Assembly (NCBI GenBank): GCA_963708075.1 | Contig: OY970194.1 | Coordinates: 5,728,001-5,792,000, forward strand | DNA: 64,000 bases | Direction: 5' to 3' | DNA from: Sedimentisphaerales bacterium | Lineage (GTDB): Bacteria; Planctomycetota; Phycisphaerae; Sedimentisphaerales; Anaerobacaceae | Part shown: in pieces, positions 30,589-40,997 of the stretch | Numbering within the stretch: the stretch's first letter is position 1 | Layout of the letters: each line of letters opens with the position of its first letter | Translations under genes and position numbers: made by a program | Notes under the pieces: generated by a model | The model's database searches: none | Seen by the model: only the letters and a program-made list of their open reading frames with translations | What the model was told of the DNA's origin: nothing

Positions 30589-31728
30589 ATGGAATCGCCG
30601 GGCACATCGGCCGGCACGGCCAGGATGCCGCACACTTCTCTCAGGGGAGAAGTCGTTTATATCCGTGCGTTCGATCTGGCCTACGACATGAGACGTCAGC
30701 GGATTCCGCGCATTCTGGGCGAGCCGGTGCAGGAGTACGCGGTCGGGCCCAGCAAGCCGGCCCCGAAGCAAGGCTTCTTTTATCGGCCGCAGATGGTCAT
30801 GCTGCCATCGAAAACGTACGAGACCTCCGAGGGCCCGCTGAAGGTTTCGCTGACGGTCAAGGTGTTCAGCGTTGGTGCAGCCAGCATCCAGGTCCGTGTG
30901 CCCTTTGAGGTGTCGTCCCTGGAGGAGCTTGTCCGGTACTACGGGTTAAGTCTTGCCGGCAAGAGCATTGAGGCGGAGATCGTCTCGGTGGCGGAACAGG
31001 TGCGCCAGGAGCTTGAGCCCTATCTGGTGCGGCCGGTTCCTGCCCTCGATGCGGGTGAGGACTACACCGTCTTCTGCATCTATCAGTTGCCTCCGGCGGA
31101 AGATGCCCGCAGTCGCCGGACGGAGGACTGGCTGATGGAAAACCGCCGGGCCGTGGCGGCATTGCTGACACAGGAGCAGGATGCGACAAAGTTGTCGAAT
31201 CAAGAGGCGGCTGAATCTACCGAGCGGTACCTGACCTACTATGAAACCGATCTGGTGGTGACGGACTGGGATGCCGCGCTGGTTGTGGGGGAACAGGACG
31301 CCCTGGAGGAGATCGTCCACATCATGGAACTGGCCAATGTCCAGCTTGCCGAGCTGGCCGTATACGATCGCGTGCTGGATGGGGCGCTGGAGCGGGCCTA
31401 TCGTGACCTTGCCCGCACGCGACATATCCGCAGGGAGGTCAGCCGCAATCTGCGGGAAATCCGCGTGGACATGGCCCGCCTGAATGACGAGCTGCGCAAT
31501 ATCACGAAGTTCTTCGGCGACTGGTATCTGGCGAAGATTTATCAGAACCTCTCCGACCGCTTTCACCTCAACGACTGGCACGGCATTATGAACGTCAAGC
31601 TCAGGACCCTCGCTGACCTCTACCAGATCCTCCACCAGGATTGGACCAACTCCTGGATGATGATCCTGGAGTCCGCGATCATCTTGCTTTTCATCATCGA
31701 TGTATTATTATTACTCTTCGGATCATGA
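30589..31728 (+). CDS. Conserved hypothetical protein with C-terminal TM helix (RMD1/DUF155-like)
   Basis: YIRAFDLA, DLVVTDWDAA, ELANVQLAEL, KFFGDWYLAKIY, terminal LESAIILLF. Confidence 0.7.
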   Translation: MESPGTSAGTARMPHTSLRGEVVYIRAFDLAYDMRRQRIPRILGEPVQEYAVGPSKPAPKQGFFYRPQMVMLPSKTYETSEGPLKVSLTVKVFSVGAASIQVRVPFEVSSLEELVRYYGLSLAGKSIEAEIVSVAEQVRQELEPYLVRPVPALDAGEDYTVFCIYQLPPAEDARSRRTEDWLMENRRAVAALLTQEQDATKLSNQEAAESTERYLTYYETDLVVTDWDAALVVGEQDALEEIVHIMELANVQLAELAVYDRVLDGALERAYRDLARTRHIRREVSRNLREIRVDMARLNDELRNITKFFGDWYLAKIYQNLSDRFHLNDWHGIMNVKLRTLADLYQILHQDWTNSWMMILESAIILLFIIDVLLLLFGS

Positions 31729-31829
31729 TTTGTCGTGTGTGCAGGGTCAGGCCCGCAGGGGTGCCCTGACGGGAGACCGCAGGGGTCGTCTCCGCACGTG
31801 CGACGCAGGACGAATACGCGAGGAAAGAG

Positions 31830-32456
31830 ATGACACCGGATCAGATTGCCCGACTGACGTATGAGCATGTCAACTGTGCCGTCGTGGTCGCCCATCCGGA
31901 CGACGAGACTCTCTGGGCCGGCGGGACGATGCTGATGCATCCCGACAGCCGCTGGACTGTCGTGACGCTGACCCGCAAGAGCGATCCGGATCGGGCGCCG
32001 AAGTTCCACAAGGCCCTCGAACGGTTCAATGCCCGCGGTGTGATGGGCGATCTCGACGACGGCCCCGAGCAGAAGCCGTTGCGTTCGGTCGATGTCCAGG
32101 ATGCGATCATGGACCTGCTCCCCTCAGACCGGCTGGACCTGGTTCTCACCCACGGGCCATGGGGGGAATACACCCGTCATAAGCGGCATGAGGAGGTCTC
32201 CAAGGCGGTCGTAGCCCTGCGCGAAAGCGAGAGACTTCGGGTCGGAGAGATCTGGATGTTCGCCTACGACGACAAGGGCGGCAAACGCCTTCCCCAGCCG
32301 CTGACGGATGCCGATGTATACGTGAGGCTGCCGCAGGATATCTGGAAGGAGAAACACCGGATCATCACCGAGGTGTACGGCTTCGCCCCGGACAGCTTCG
32401 AAGCCAGGGTGACGCCCAAGGACGAGGCCTTTTGGGTCCTGGGAAAGAAGGAATAG
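31830..32456 (+). CDS. PIG-L/LmbE family deacetylase
   Basis: VAHPDDETLW, LTHGPWGEY..H.RH. Confidence 0.85.
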   Translation: MTPDQIARLTYEHVNCAVVVAHPDDETLWAGGTMLMHPDSRWTVVTLTRKSDPDRAPKFHKALERFNARGVMGDLDDGPEQKPLRSVDVQDAIMDLLPSDRLDLVLTHGPWGEYTRHKRHEEVSKAVVALRESERLRVGEIWMFAYDDKGGKRLPQPLTDADVYVRLPQDIWKEKHRIITEVYGFAPDSFEARVTPKDEAFWVLGKKE

Positions 32457-32554
32457 CACCCCGCCTATAGCCGCACATTTCTCACGCACGGCGCGCCACG
32501 CGCGACGTATGATTTCAGGTACGCGTGAAGCCCCGCCGCCTGCCATATCCATCT

Positions 32555-32634
32555 GGGTGGCAGCGGCAAGGCCGAAGGCTTTGCCGATGGCGGATGGACA
32601 GACCATCGGCAAGCTGCGCTTGCCACTGCCACCC
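32555..32634. repeat. Nested palindromic REP-like element; related copy at 54162-54245
   Basis: GGGTGGCAGCGGCAAG...CTTGCCACTGCCACCC outer arms; TTGCCGATGG...CCATCGGCAA inner arms. Confidence 0.8.
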
Positions 32635-32684
32635 GCACTGCGAGACTTCTAACCATAGTGTGTACGGCATCTTGGGGGGAACAC

Positions 32685-33828
32685 ATGAAGGTGCTGCTTC
32701 TATACGACTATCCGCCGTGTCCTTCCGGCTTGGCGACACAGGGAAGCCTTCTTCATCAGGGCCTGCAGGAGATGGGGGTAGACGTCCATTCCGTCCACCT
32801 GGAGTCGGCCCAGGAGAAGGAATGGTACTATCGCTGGTTCAAGCCCCAGGTGGTCCTCGGTGTCGGGTACTGGGGTCACACTCCCTGCCTCGTGCTGCAC
32901 CCGCAACGCCACGGGGTCCAGGCCGTGGTGCCCTGGCTGGTTGCCGACGGCTATATGGCCGACTACCGGGAGGTCCTGGAAAGCCTGCGCCTGATCCTGG
33001 TCACCTCCCGATGGGTCAAGAGCGTGTACATGCGTGACGGCCTCAAGGGTGGCAATATCGAGGTCCTGCCGGTCGGCTGCGACACGGATGCATTTGCCCC
33101 CCGGGACGGGGATGATCCGAAGGTCGCCGCCGTTCGGGAGGCCCTCGGCGTGGCCCCGGATCAGATCATGATCCTGACGATCGGGGGCGATGCCACGAGC
33201 AAAGGCGCAGGAAGTGATGCAGGCATTGGCCCTGCTTGGTGACCGTGCACCGGCCTGGAAGTACGTGTGCAAAGTCTGGCCGCAGGCACGCACGAAGCAT
33301 CAGAACTCCATCGATCTGCAGTTGGCCGCACAACTGGGGATTGAGAAGAATGTCATCTATACCACCAGCATCACCTCCCGGAATTTCATGCCGTACCTCA
33401 TGGCCGCGTGCGACATCTACGCCGCCCCGTCACGCCTGGAGGGTTTCGGCATGACCCAGGTCGAGGCCAACGCCTGCGGCAAGCCGGTCGTCGGCATCCG
33501 GGCGATGGGACTGCTCGACACCATGGTACACGCCGAAACCGCCTACCTCGCCCGCGTGGAACAGGAAATCCACATCCGGGAGGCCATCGTCAGCGGCGAG
33601 TCCGGCGATCAGGCCGAGCGGCGGGTAGTCTTTGAAAGCCCTCGCATCGTGGACTATCGCGCCAGCGTGCAGGACATTGCCGAGTACCTGCTGCAACTGA
33701 TGCAGAACGCGGACTTGCGCAGGAAAATGGGCGAGGCCGGCCGAAAACGCGCCATCGAGAACTACGACTACCGCATCGTCGCCGGGCAGTTCATCAAAAC
33801 CATCTCCGACAAGCTCGGCATCTCCTGA
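32685..33828 (+). CDS. Glycosyltransferase family 4; frameshift near 33205
   Basis: MKVLLLYDYPP, PVGCDTDAF, then APSRLEGFGMTQVEANACGKPV in the next frame. Confidence 0.85.
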
Positions 33829-34228
33829 CGCGAAGAATCTACGTTTCTTCGAAGAATTGCATCTACATCGAGCGGGAGGGGAGCGGGCCAGCCCTTAGTT
33901 TAGAGTTTAGCGGGTATCTCATCATCACGGGGGCAGGACGGAAGGCAGGGGGCGCATTTTCAGTATTGGATGCATGGAGAAACGCGGGCGAGTCTTCCAG
34001 GTTGATGCATAGGGACACAGCGCTGTAAGTCACCGGGCCACAAGGGGTTGCGATATTTTCACTGGGTAACAGAAATTTCTGCAACAATCTGGCTCGGCGA
34101 ACGTTTCTAGTATATGGGCGTATGCCCATATTCCAAATCAAACAGCAAAGATCAAAGATCAAAAATCAAGATCGGAAGTCCGTTGGGGGGGCGGGAGGCC
34201 CTTCGGAATGCGGATGGATGGGCGATTC

Positions 34229-34597
34229 TGCGAAACAAACCCAATCTGTCCTGCCGGGCTGGCGGTGGGCACAGCCACCCTACGCGAGGGCCGATGTGCG
34301 AAACAAAGCCAAATGTGAGGGGGGCGGGGAGCTTGGCCGGCTATCTGGGACCAGCGGGGACGCTCACCCTACCTTGTGAAACAAAGCCAATTTGCCGGGC
34401 GCAGTCCGGACACGGCCGGGCGGTGGATCCTGCGAAACAAAGCCAATTGGGAGGGGGTGGGGATTGGGAGTCAGGGGATCAGGTGACGGATTGTGCGAAA
34501 CAAAGCCAAACCTGGGAGGAATAGGATATCCGGGGGAGGGTCATACGATATATAAGGCCGCCCTATCGCAGATGTGATTGTGCGAAACAAAGCCAAT
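34229..34597 (+). repeat. Array of six 17-bp direct repeats (TGCGAAACAAAGCCAAT consensus) with unique 39-70 bp spacers
   Basis: Copies start at 34229, 34297, 34375, 34431, 34494 and 34581; 0-1 mismatches each. Confidence 0.9.
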
Positions 34598-34841
34598 TTG
34601 TCTGGCGGGCGGATTCTGTCCAGCGGCGGAGGATCGGCCGCCGGGTGTGAACTGCATCTATTTGGTATCCGGCTGGCGGGGCAAGTTTTCTCTTTGCCGC
34701 AAGGCCACTGGTGCTTATAATACGGCGTCCGGAGTAACAGGGGGCAGTGCCTGAGTACCCAGGAAGTCTGGTATCCCACCGAAGTCCGGACAACCAGGGG
34801 CCGGAAGAGCGTCCCGGTCCGCATGTGTGGTCATTGGGTTT

Positions 34842-34924
34842 GGCCGAGTGGCGGAATGGCAGACGCTGGGGACTTAAAATCCCCTGCCCGCAAGGGCGTA
34901 TGGGTTCGAGTCCCATCTCGGCTA
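34842..34924 (+). tRNA. tRNA-Leu(TAA), CCA not encoded
   Basis: GGCCGAG/CTCGGCT acceptor stem, GGGGA-cttaaaa-TCCCC anticodon arm, long variable arm, GGTTCGAGTCC T-arm. Confidence 0.93.
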
Positions 34925-35087
34925 CTGGGTGGCTATAGGAAAGGTAGCACGGGTGTCCCGCCCGTGAAACGACGACGATGCGCAGGGCTGAAGCCTGTCT
35001 TCGTGAAGGCAGGGGACTCCCGTGCTGCGATGAATCCGGCCTTCAGATACGTTTTCAGGCGGCCGGTCGTCGCTTTGGAGATACGCT

Positions 35088-36422
35088 ATGACAGATGGAA
35101 ACATCCGACTCGAAGACGTACACGAGCCTAACCTCTATCGCGACGTCTTTCCCTACAGCAAGTTCCCTAAGATCGTATTCGACGGCCAGCGGGTCGATTG
35201 CGAGGTCCCGAAGGACATCTGGATCACGGACACGACGTTCCGGGACGGCCAGCAGGCCCGCCCGCCGTTCACGCCGGAGCAAATCCTGCGGATCTACGAC
35301 CTCCTGCACGAAATCGATGGCGGCACCGGGCTGATCCGCCAGTGCGAGTTCTTCCTCTATTCCGACAAGGACCGCAAGGCCGTCGAGCTGTGCAAGGCGC
35401 GGGGATACAAGTACCCGGAGATCACCGGCTGGATCCGGGCGGTGGCGGCCGACTTCAAGCTTGTCGCGCAGATGGGCCTGCGCGAGACCGGCATTTTGAC
35501 CTCCGCCAGTGACTATCATATCTTCCTGAAGCTTCGCTTGAGCCGTTCCCAGGCGTTGAACGGGTACCTGGGCATCGTCAAGGCCGCCCTGGACAGCGGT
35601 GTGCTGCCCCGGTGCCATTTCGAGGACATCACCCGGGCGGACTACGAGGGTTTCATCCTGCCTTTCGCCAACGAGCTGCTGAAAATTTCAGAGGAGTACA
35701 AGCAGCCGGTCAAGATTCGCCTGTGCGACACACTCGGTTTTGGACTGCCCTGGCCCGATGCGGCCCTGCCGCGCAGCGTGCCGAAGCTGATTCACGGCCT
35801 GCGCAAGATCGGTGTCCCCTCCGAGTGTCTCGAATGGCACGGGCACAACGATTTCCACAAGGTCCTTGTGGACGCCACGACCGCCTGGCTCTATGGATGC
35901 AGCTCCGTCAACGCGGCCATCTTCGGCTGCGGCGAGCGCACGGGCAACTCTCCGCTGGAGGCCCTGGTCATCGAGCACGCCCAACTGAAGGGCATGGTCC
36001 CCGGCGTCAATTATGCGGCGATTACGGACCTCGCCGAGTACGCCCACAAGGAGCTGGGCTTTGAGATCGCGAAGAACTACCCGCTGGTCGGCCAGGACTT
36101 CAACGTGACGCGGGCCGGCATCCACGCCGATGGCCTTCTCAAGAATGAGGAAATTTACAACTGCTTCGATACGCTGAAGCTGCTCAACCGTCCCGTAGGC
36201 GTGGCCATCGCCGACAAGACGGGCGCCGCCGGTATCAAGCACTGGGTCGAGAGTCATTACGACATCCAGATCCCCAAGCACGACCCGCGCATTACCTGGA
36301 TCAAGGATCGGATCGACGCGGAGTACGCCGCCGACCGCATCTCTGTGATATCCGACGAGGAAATGCACCAGTGGGTGCATCAGGCCTTCAAGGGGCAGGT
36401 TCCGCCGCAAAGACCCGTGTGA
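35088..36422 (+). CDS. DRE-TIM synthase of the Re-citrate synthase / LeuA-like group, without LeuA regulatory domain
   Basis: IWITDTTFRDGQQ, SDYHIFLKL, RCHFEDITRAD, WHGHNDF, GERTGN, TRAGIHADG. Confidence 0.8.
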   Translation: MTDGNIRLEDVHEPNLYRDVFPYSKFPKIVFDGQRVDCEVPKDIWITDTTFRDGQQARPPFTPEQILRIYDLLHEIDGGTGLIRQCEFFLYSDKDRKAVELCKARGYKYPEITGWIRAVAADFKLVAQMGLRETGILTSASDYHIFLKLRLSRSQALNGYLGIVKAALDSGVLPRCHFEDITRADYEGFILPFANELLKISEEYKQPVKIRLCDTLGFGLPWPDAALPRSVPKLIHGLRKIGVPSECLEWHGHNDFHKVLVDATTAWLYGCSSVNAAIFGCGERTGNSPLEALVIEHAQLKGMVPGVNYAAITDLAEYAHKELGFEIAKNYPLVGQDFNVTRAGIHADGLLKNEEIYNCFDTLKLLNRPVGVAIADKTGAAGIKHWVESHYDIQIPKHDPRITWIKDRIDAEYAADRISVISDEEMHQWVHQAFKGQVPPQRPV

Positions 36423-36433
36423 GGGTGGAGAAC

Positions 36434-36541
36434 TTACCATTTACGATTTACGAATTACGATTTATGATTCGAGCGATGCGTTAGCCACAATGGCGTCGCC
36501 ACCGACACGAATGGTAAATCGTAAATGGTAAATCGTAAATC
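36434..36541. repeat. Inverted repeat built of ATTTACG heptamers, overlapping the HAD gene start
   Basis: ttaccatttacgatttacgaattacgatttatgattcg ... cgaatggtaaatcgtaaatggtaaatcgtaaatc. Confidence 0.85.
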
Positions 36542-37280
36542 CAAAGGCGAGATTAGAGCCGTACTGTTCGACCTCGGCGACACCATTTTGGACTTCGGCC
36601 GGGTCAGTACGACGAGGGCTTTCTGGCTCGGTGCTCGGGCGACACACACCTTTTTGAGGGAGCAGGGCCAGCCGGTGGCCTCTTTCCCGTGGTACTTCAT
36701 GCGAAACCTCGTGCGCCTTCGCATGAAGTACATGCTGTCCAACATCACGCGAAGGGATTTCGATTCCCTCGAACTGCTCCAAACGGTGGGCGTGCGCACC
36801 GGCGTGAGTCTTGCGCCGGAGCAGTGGGAGCAGTTTGCCTGGCTCTGGTATGAGCCGCTCGGCCGCTGTGCCCGGGTTGAGGACGACATCCGCCAGACGC
36901 TCGGCACGCTCAAGAGCATGGACCTGAAGCTCGGCATCGTGTCCAATACCTTCGTGAATCGCGCCTCGCTCGAGAGACACCTGAAAGTCATCAGCATCCT
37001 CGATTTCTTCCCGGTGCAACTCTACTCCTATGAATTCCACGTGCGTAAGCCCAGTCCGGTGCTCTTTCGCATCGCCGCGGAGAAGATCGGGGTGCCCGCG
37101 GAGAAGTGCCTGTTCGTGGGTGACCGGATCGATAACGACATTCTGCCGGCCATGGGAATCGGCATGAAAGCCGCCCTGAAAGAGGCCTACACCAACGCGG
37201 GCAAAAGGTTGCCGCAAGGAGCATACCGAATCCGCCGCCTCGCCGAGCTGCCGGAGCTGGTCCAAGAGATCAATCGGTAG
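36525..37280 (+). CDS. HAD superfamily hydrolase
   Basis: LFDLGDTI, GIVSN, KPSP, FVGDRIDNDI. Confidence 0.88.
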   Translation: MVNRKSKGEIRAVLFDLGDTILDFGRVSTTRAFWLGARATHTFLREQGQPVASFPWYFMRNLVRLRMKYMLSNITRRDFDSLELLQTVGVRTGVSLAPEQWEQFAWLWYEPLGRCARVEDDIRQTLGTLKSMDLKLGIVSNTFVNRASLERHLKVISILDFFPVQLYSYEFHVRKPSPVLFRIAAEKIGVPAEKCLFVGDRIDNDILPAMGIGMKAALKEAYTNAGKRLPQGAYRIRRLAELPELVQEINR

Positions 37281-37439
37281 CCTTTTGCTCATTACGCATG
37301 AGAGTCCCGCCAGGGGCGGAGAAAGCTCATTGACATGCAGGGTTGTGCCACGTACTATCGCACGTCGGCTTTTCTGGTTGGGCGTGCTGCATCGACTCAT
37401 GCACGACGCGTGGAGCACAAGGAATCAAGGAGAACAGGG

Positions 37440-37778
37440 ATGGCGGATGAACGATTGATCGAGGTGACGGACGACAGCTTCGAGAACGAGGTGCTGCAGT
37501 CGGACGTGCCCGTGCTGGTGGATTACTGGGCGCCGTGGTGCGGCCCGTGCAAAATGGCAGCGCCGGTGCTCGAAAGAATCGCCGGAGAATATGAAGGTCG
37601 GCTCAAGATCTGCAAGGTCAACGTGGACGAGGAGCGCGAGGTGGCCAGCAAGCACCGGATCATGAGCATCCCCACGATGTTCCTCTTCAAGGACGGCGAG
37701 GTGGTGGACCAGATTGTAGGCGTGACGCCGAACTTCGAGAGCGACCTGAAGCGAAGAATTGAACCTTATCTGGATTGA
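37440..37778 (+). CDS. trxA: Thioredoxin
   Basis: WAPWCGPC, SIPT; GGAG SD. Confidence 0.95.
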   Translation: MADERLIEVTDDSFENEVLQSDVPVLVDYWAPWCGPCKMAAPVLERIAGEYEGRLKICKVNVDEEREVASKHRIMSIPTMFLFKDGEVVDQIVGVTPNFESDLKRRIEPYLD

Positions 37779-37867
37779 TGGCGATTTTCGATTGCGGGTC
37801 GGCCCGCGGCCAATGAATCCGCTGGCTGCAATCGCCGGTCCGCAACTCAAGGTGGCAGGACTGTGGA

Positions 37868-38866
37868 ATGACTGATACGGTCTATGATGTGATCATCATT
37901 GGCGCGGGCCCGGCCGGTCTGGGATGCGCCTTGTATACGGCCCGGGACCGGCTCAAAACGCTTGTCCTCGAGAAGATGATCCCCGGCGGGCAAATCTACA
38001 ATACCGACAGGATCGAGAACTATCCCGGCATTATCCGCGTCGACGGACCCACCCTCATCGACCAGATGCAGAAACAGGTGGAAAGCTTCGGGGCCGTGGT
38101 CAGCCCGGGCTGCGAGGTGACGGGCCTGGAGAGACGCAAGGACGGCAATGTCGCGGTCCTCTGCGGCCATACCACCTTCACCGCGCGGACCGTGGTCCTC
38201 GCTCTCGGGAGTCACTATCGCAGACTGTGTGTCCCGGGCGAGGAGGAGTTCCGCAACGCCGGCGCCGGCGTCAGTTACTGCGGCACCTGTGATGCCCCGT
38301 TCTTCCGGGGCAAGGAGGTCATCTCCGTCGGCGGCGGCAACACCGCGATTGAGGAGACGCTCCATCTCACGAAGTACGCCAAAAAGGTGACGCTTGTCCA
38401 CCGTCGCGACGAGTTCCGCGCCGACAAGGTTCTGGCCGAAGAGCTTCGGGCGGAGGCCGCCAAGCCGAACAGCAGTCTCATCATCAAGTGCGAGACCATC
38501 ATCACGGCTATCAAGGGCGAGGGCCGCGTCCAATCCGTCAGACTGAAGAACGTCAAGACGGGCCAGGAGGAGGATTATCCCTGCGACGGCGTCTTCGTCT
38601 TCGTCGGTATGGTCCCCAACACAGGATTCCTCAAGGGCATCGTCCAGTTGACGGAGCACGGATTCATCCGGGTGGATTGCGCCTACCTGCGAACGAGCAT
38701 GCCGGGGGTGTTCGCCGCCGGCGACTGCCGGATCGGGGCGGCCATGCAGCTCACCACGGCCATTGCCGACGGTGTCAACGCCGCCATCACGATGAAGCAG
38801 TACTTCCGTGACCCGCAGTGGTGGCACAAGCCCGTCACCGACGAAATCCAGCCCAGCGGCTGGTGA
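37868..38866 (+). CDS. trxB: Thioredoxin reductase
   Basis: GAGPAG, GVSYCGTCD, GGGNTA, GVFAAGD. Confidence 0.93.
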   Translation: MTDTVYDVIIIGAGPAGLGCALYTARDRLKTLVLEKMIPGGQIYNTDRIENYPGIIRVDGPTLIDQMQKQVESFGAVVSPGCEVTGLERRKDGNVAVLCGHTTFTARTVVLALGSHYRRLCVPGEEEFRNAGAGVSYCGTCDAPFFRGKEVISVGGGNTAIEETLHLTKYAKKVTLVHRRDEFRADKVLAEELRAEAAKPNSSLIIKCETIITAIKGEGRVQSVRLKNVKTGQEEDYPCDGVFVFVGMVPNTGFLKGIVQLTEHGFIRVDCAYLRTSMPGVFAAGDCRIGAAMQLTTAIADGVNAAITMKQYFRDPQWWHKPVTDEIQPSGW

Positions 38867-39059
38867 TCAAGGCAAATCAGAAGCGGAGAAACCTTAACGA
38901 TTTCCGGACGTTCTCCCGCTCACAATACCTTCCAAGTCCAGATGTCCCTCTGATGGCACCCGGCTGCCGGATTATTTTGTATGCTCTATGAGGGAGCCGG
39001 CATCCTTACTGTGGCTGCCTTTGCCAGGCGGCGAGTCGGATAAGGAAGGATGGGTGAAC

Positions 39060-39947
39060 ATGTCGGGCATCTGCCAGCAGAGGGTGAGCAGGCGTCAGTT
39101 TCTCAAGAGCGGCCTGGCCCTTGCCGCCGGGACGGTGACGTTTGGGTCCCGCTCGGTCCTCGGTGAATATCGCGACGAATGCACGCGATGGGCGTTCCTG
39201 TCCGATACGCACATCGCCGCCGATCCGGACCATCGCTACAGAGGCTTCTATCCCTACCGCAATCTCCAGGAAATCACGTCGCAACTGGCCTGTGACCTGC
39301 CGGAGGGCCTCGTCATCACGGGGGACCTGGCCAGGTTGAAGGGCCGGCCCGAGGCTTATGCGAATGTGAAGACGTTACTGGCTCCGGTTGCCGAGAAGCG
39401 GCCAGTCTATCTCGGCCTTGGCAACCACGACAATCGCGAGGACTTCTTTCGAACCTTTGGCGATTCCCGCGGCAGCGGCCAGGCGGTCGCCAACAAGCAT
39501 GTCATCGTGGCCGATGAGGGCCCGGTCCGATTGATCATCCTGGACACGCTTCTTCACATCAACAGGATGCCCGGAATGCTCGGCTGGCCCCAGCGCACCT
39601 GGCTGGAGACCTACCTTCGCACATGCGACGACAGGCCCACGATCCTGTTCCTCCATCACACGCCGAAAGTGGATTTGCTCGATACCGGACGGCTGTTCCG
39701 CATCATCGGACCGATGGCCAAGGTCAAGGCCGTCGTGTACGGACACACTCACCACGTCAAGTTCTCCACCTACAAAGGGATTCATCTGATCAACGTGCCG
39801 GCGACAGGCTTCAACCTCGGTGACAGTCACCCGGTCGGCTGGATGGAAGCGAAGCTGACCAGCCAGGGCGGCGAATTCCTCCTGCACGCCATGGCCGGCA
39901 ACAGGCGGCTGAACGGCCTCACCATGAAGCTGGCTTGGAGATCCTGA
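39060..39947 (+). CDS. Tat-exported metallophosphoesterase (CpdA/Icc-like), paralog 1
   Basis: SRRQFL; SDTHI, TGDL, GNHD, GHTH. Confidence 0.88.
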   Translation: MSGICQQRVSRRQFLKSGLALAAGTVTFGSRSVLGEYRDECTRWAFLSDTHIAADPDHRYRGFYPYRNLQEITSQLACDLPEGLVITGDLARLKGRPEAYANVKTLLAPVAEKRPVYLGLGNHDNREDFFRTFGDSRGSGQAVANKHVIVADEGPVRLIILDTLLHINRMPGMLGWPQRTWLETYLRTCDDRPTILFLHHTPKVDLLDTGRLFRIIGPMAKVKAVVYGHTHHVKFSTYKGIHLINVPATGFNLGDSHPVGWMEAKLTSQGGEFLLHAMAGNRRLNGLTMKLAWRS

Positions 39948-40063
39948 GAGTCACTCCCGACTGCACGATTCCGTTGCTGATGGGATTGCACCGTGCCCGC
40001 ATTTCCTGTACAAGAACACCGTTGCAGGATCGTGATCCGACAATCGTGGAAAGGGTGTGGCGT

Positions 40064-40958
40064 ATGTGCCAAGTCTCTGGCGATAGGATGAACAGGCGAC
40101 AGGTTCTCAAGGCCGGATTGGCTCTCGCAGGCGGCCTGGCCGTTCTGCGGCCGTACCGTAGTTGCGGTCAGCCCCCGAAGGACGGTGCCTCGTGGGCTTT
40201 TCTGTCGGACACTCACATCGCGGCCGACCCTGAGAACAACCATCGGGGTCTCTATCCGTACCGGAACTTACAGAAAGCACTGTCGCAGGTCGTGTCCAGT
40301 CGGCCCGAAGGTCTCCGTCATCACAGGAGACATCGCCCGGCTGACAGGGCACATTGGCGACTACGAAAACATCAAGAAGCTGCTGACGCCCATAGCCGAG
40401 GAACGTCCGGTCTACCTGGCGATGGGCAATCACGATGACCGTGCCAACTTTCGTCGCGTCTTTGAGGCGCCTGCCGGTGAGCGGCACGAGCCGGGGGGCA
40501 GGCACGTGATCGCCGTTGACGCCGGGCCCGTCCGATTCCTGATTCTCGATTCGCTCATGCTGACCAACGAGACGCCAGGCTTGCTCGGCAAGGCTCAGCG
40601 CACCTGGCTGGAGAACCATCTGCGAACCTCCGACGACAGACCCGTGATCCTGTTTGTCCATCACACCGTTGGTGATGAGGACGACGCCCTGCTGGATGCC
40701 GCCCGGCTGTTCGCCCTTGTGAAGCCGGCAAACAAGGTCAAAGCCATCATCTACGGCCATTCACACGAGTACGCATTCTCCGAGCACGAAGGCATCCACC
40801 TGGTCAATCTCCCGGCGACGGGATACACCTTTGACGACGTGCAGCCGGCGGGCTGGGTGGAAGCCCGGCTGACTGCCCAGGATGGCGAATTCCGTCTGCA
40901 TGCCGTCGCCGGCAATACTCAGATGGATGGACGGACAACGAAGCTGCGCTGGAGATGA
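40064..40958 (+). CDS. Tat-exported metallophosphoesterase, paralog 2; +1 frameshift at ~40316
   Basis: NRRQVL; SDTHI, then TGDI, GNHD, GHSH in the next frame. Confidence 0.85.
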
Positions 40959-40997
40959 GATCGCCACAAGCTGCGCATCATTCAGCCGGAATTGATA

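Noticed and set aside
34114..34577. ORFs spanning the repeat array
   Set aside because: Repeats appear in different frames, and the ORFs are low-complexity with no recognisable domain.
34229..34597. Canonical CRISPR array
   Set aside because: Repeats are only 17 bp, spacers vary from 39 to 70 bp, and no cas genes are in the window; kept as a non-CRISPR array.
34750..34830. RNase P RNA-like AAGTCCGGAC motif
   Set aside because: Too little space before the tRNA and the other conserved regions are missing.
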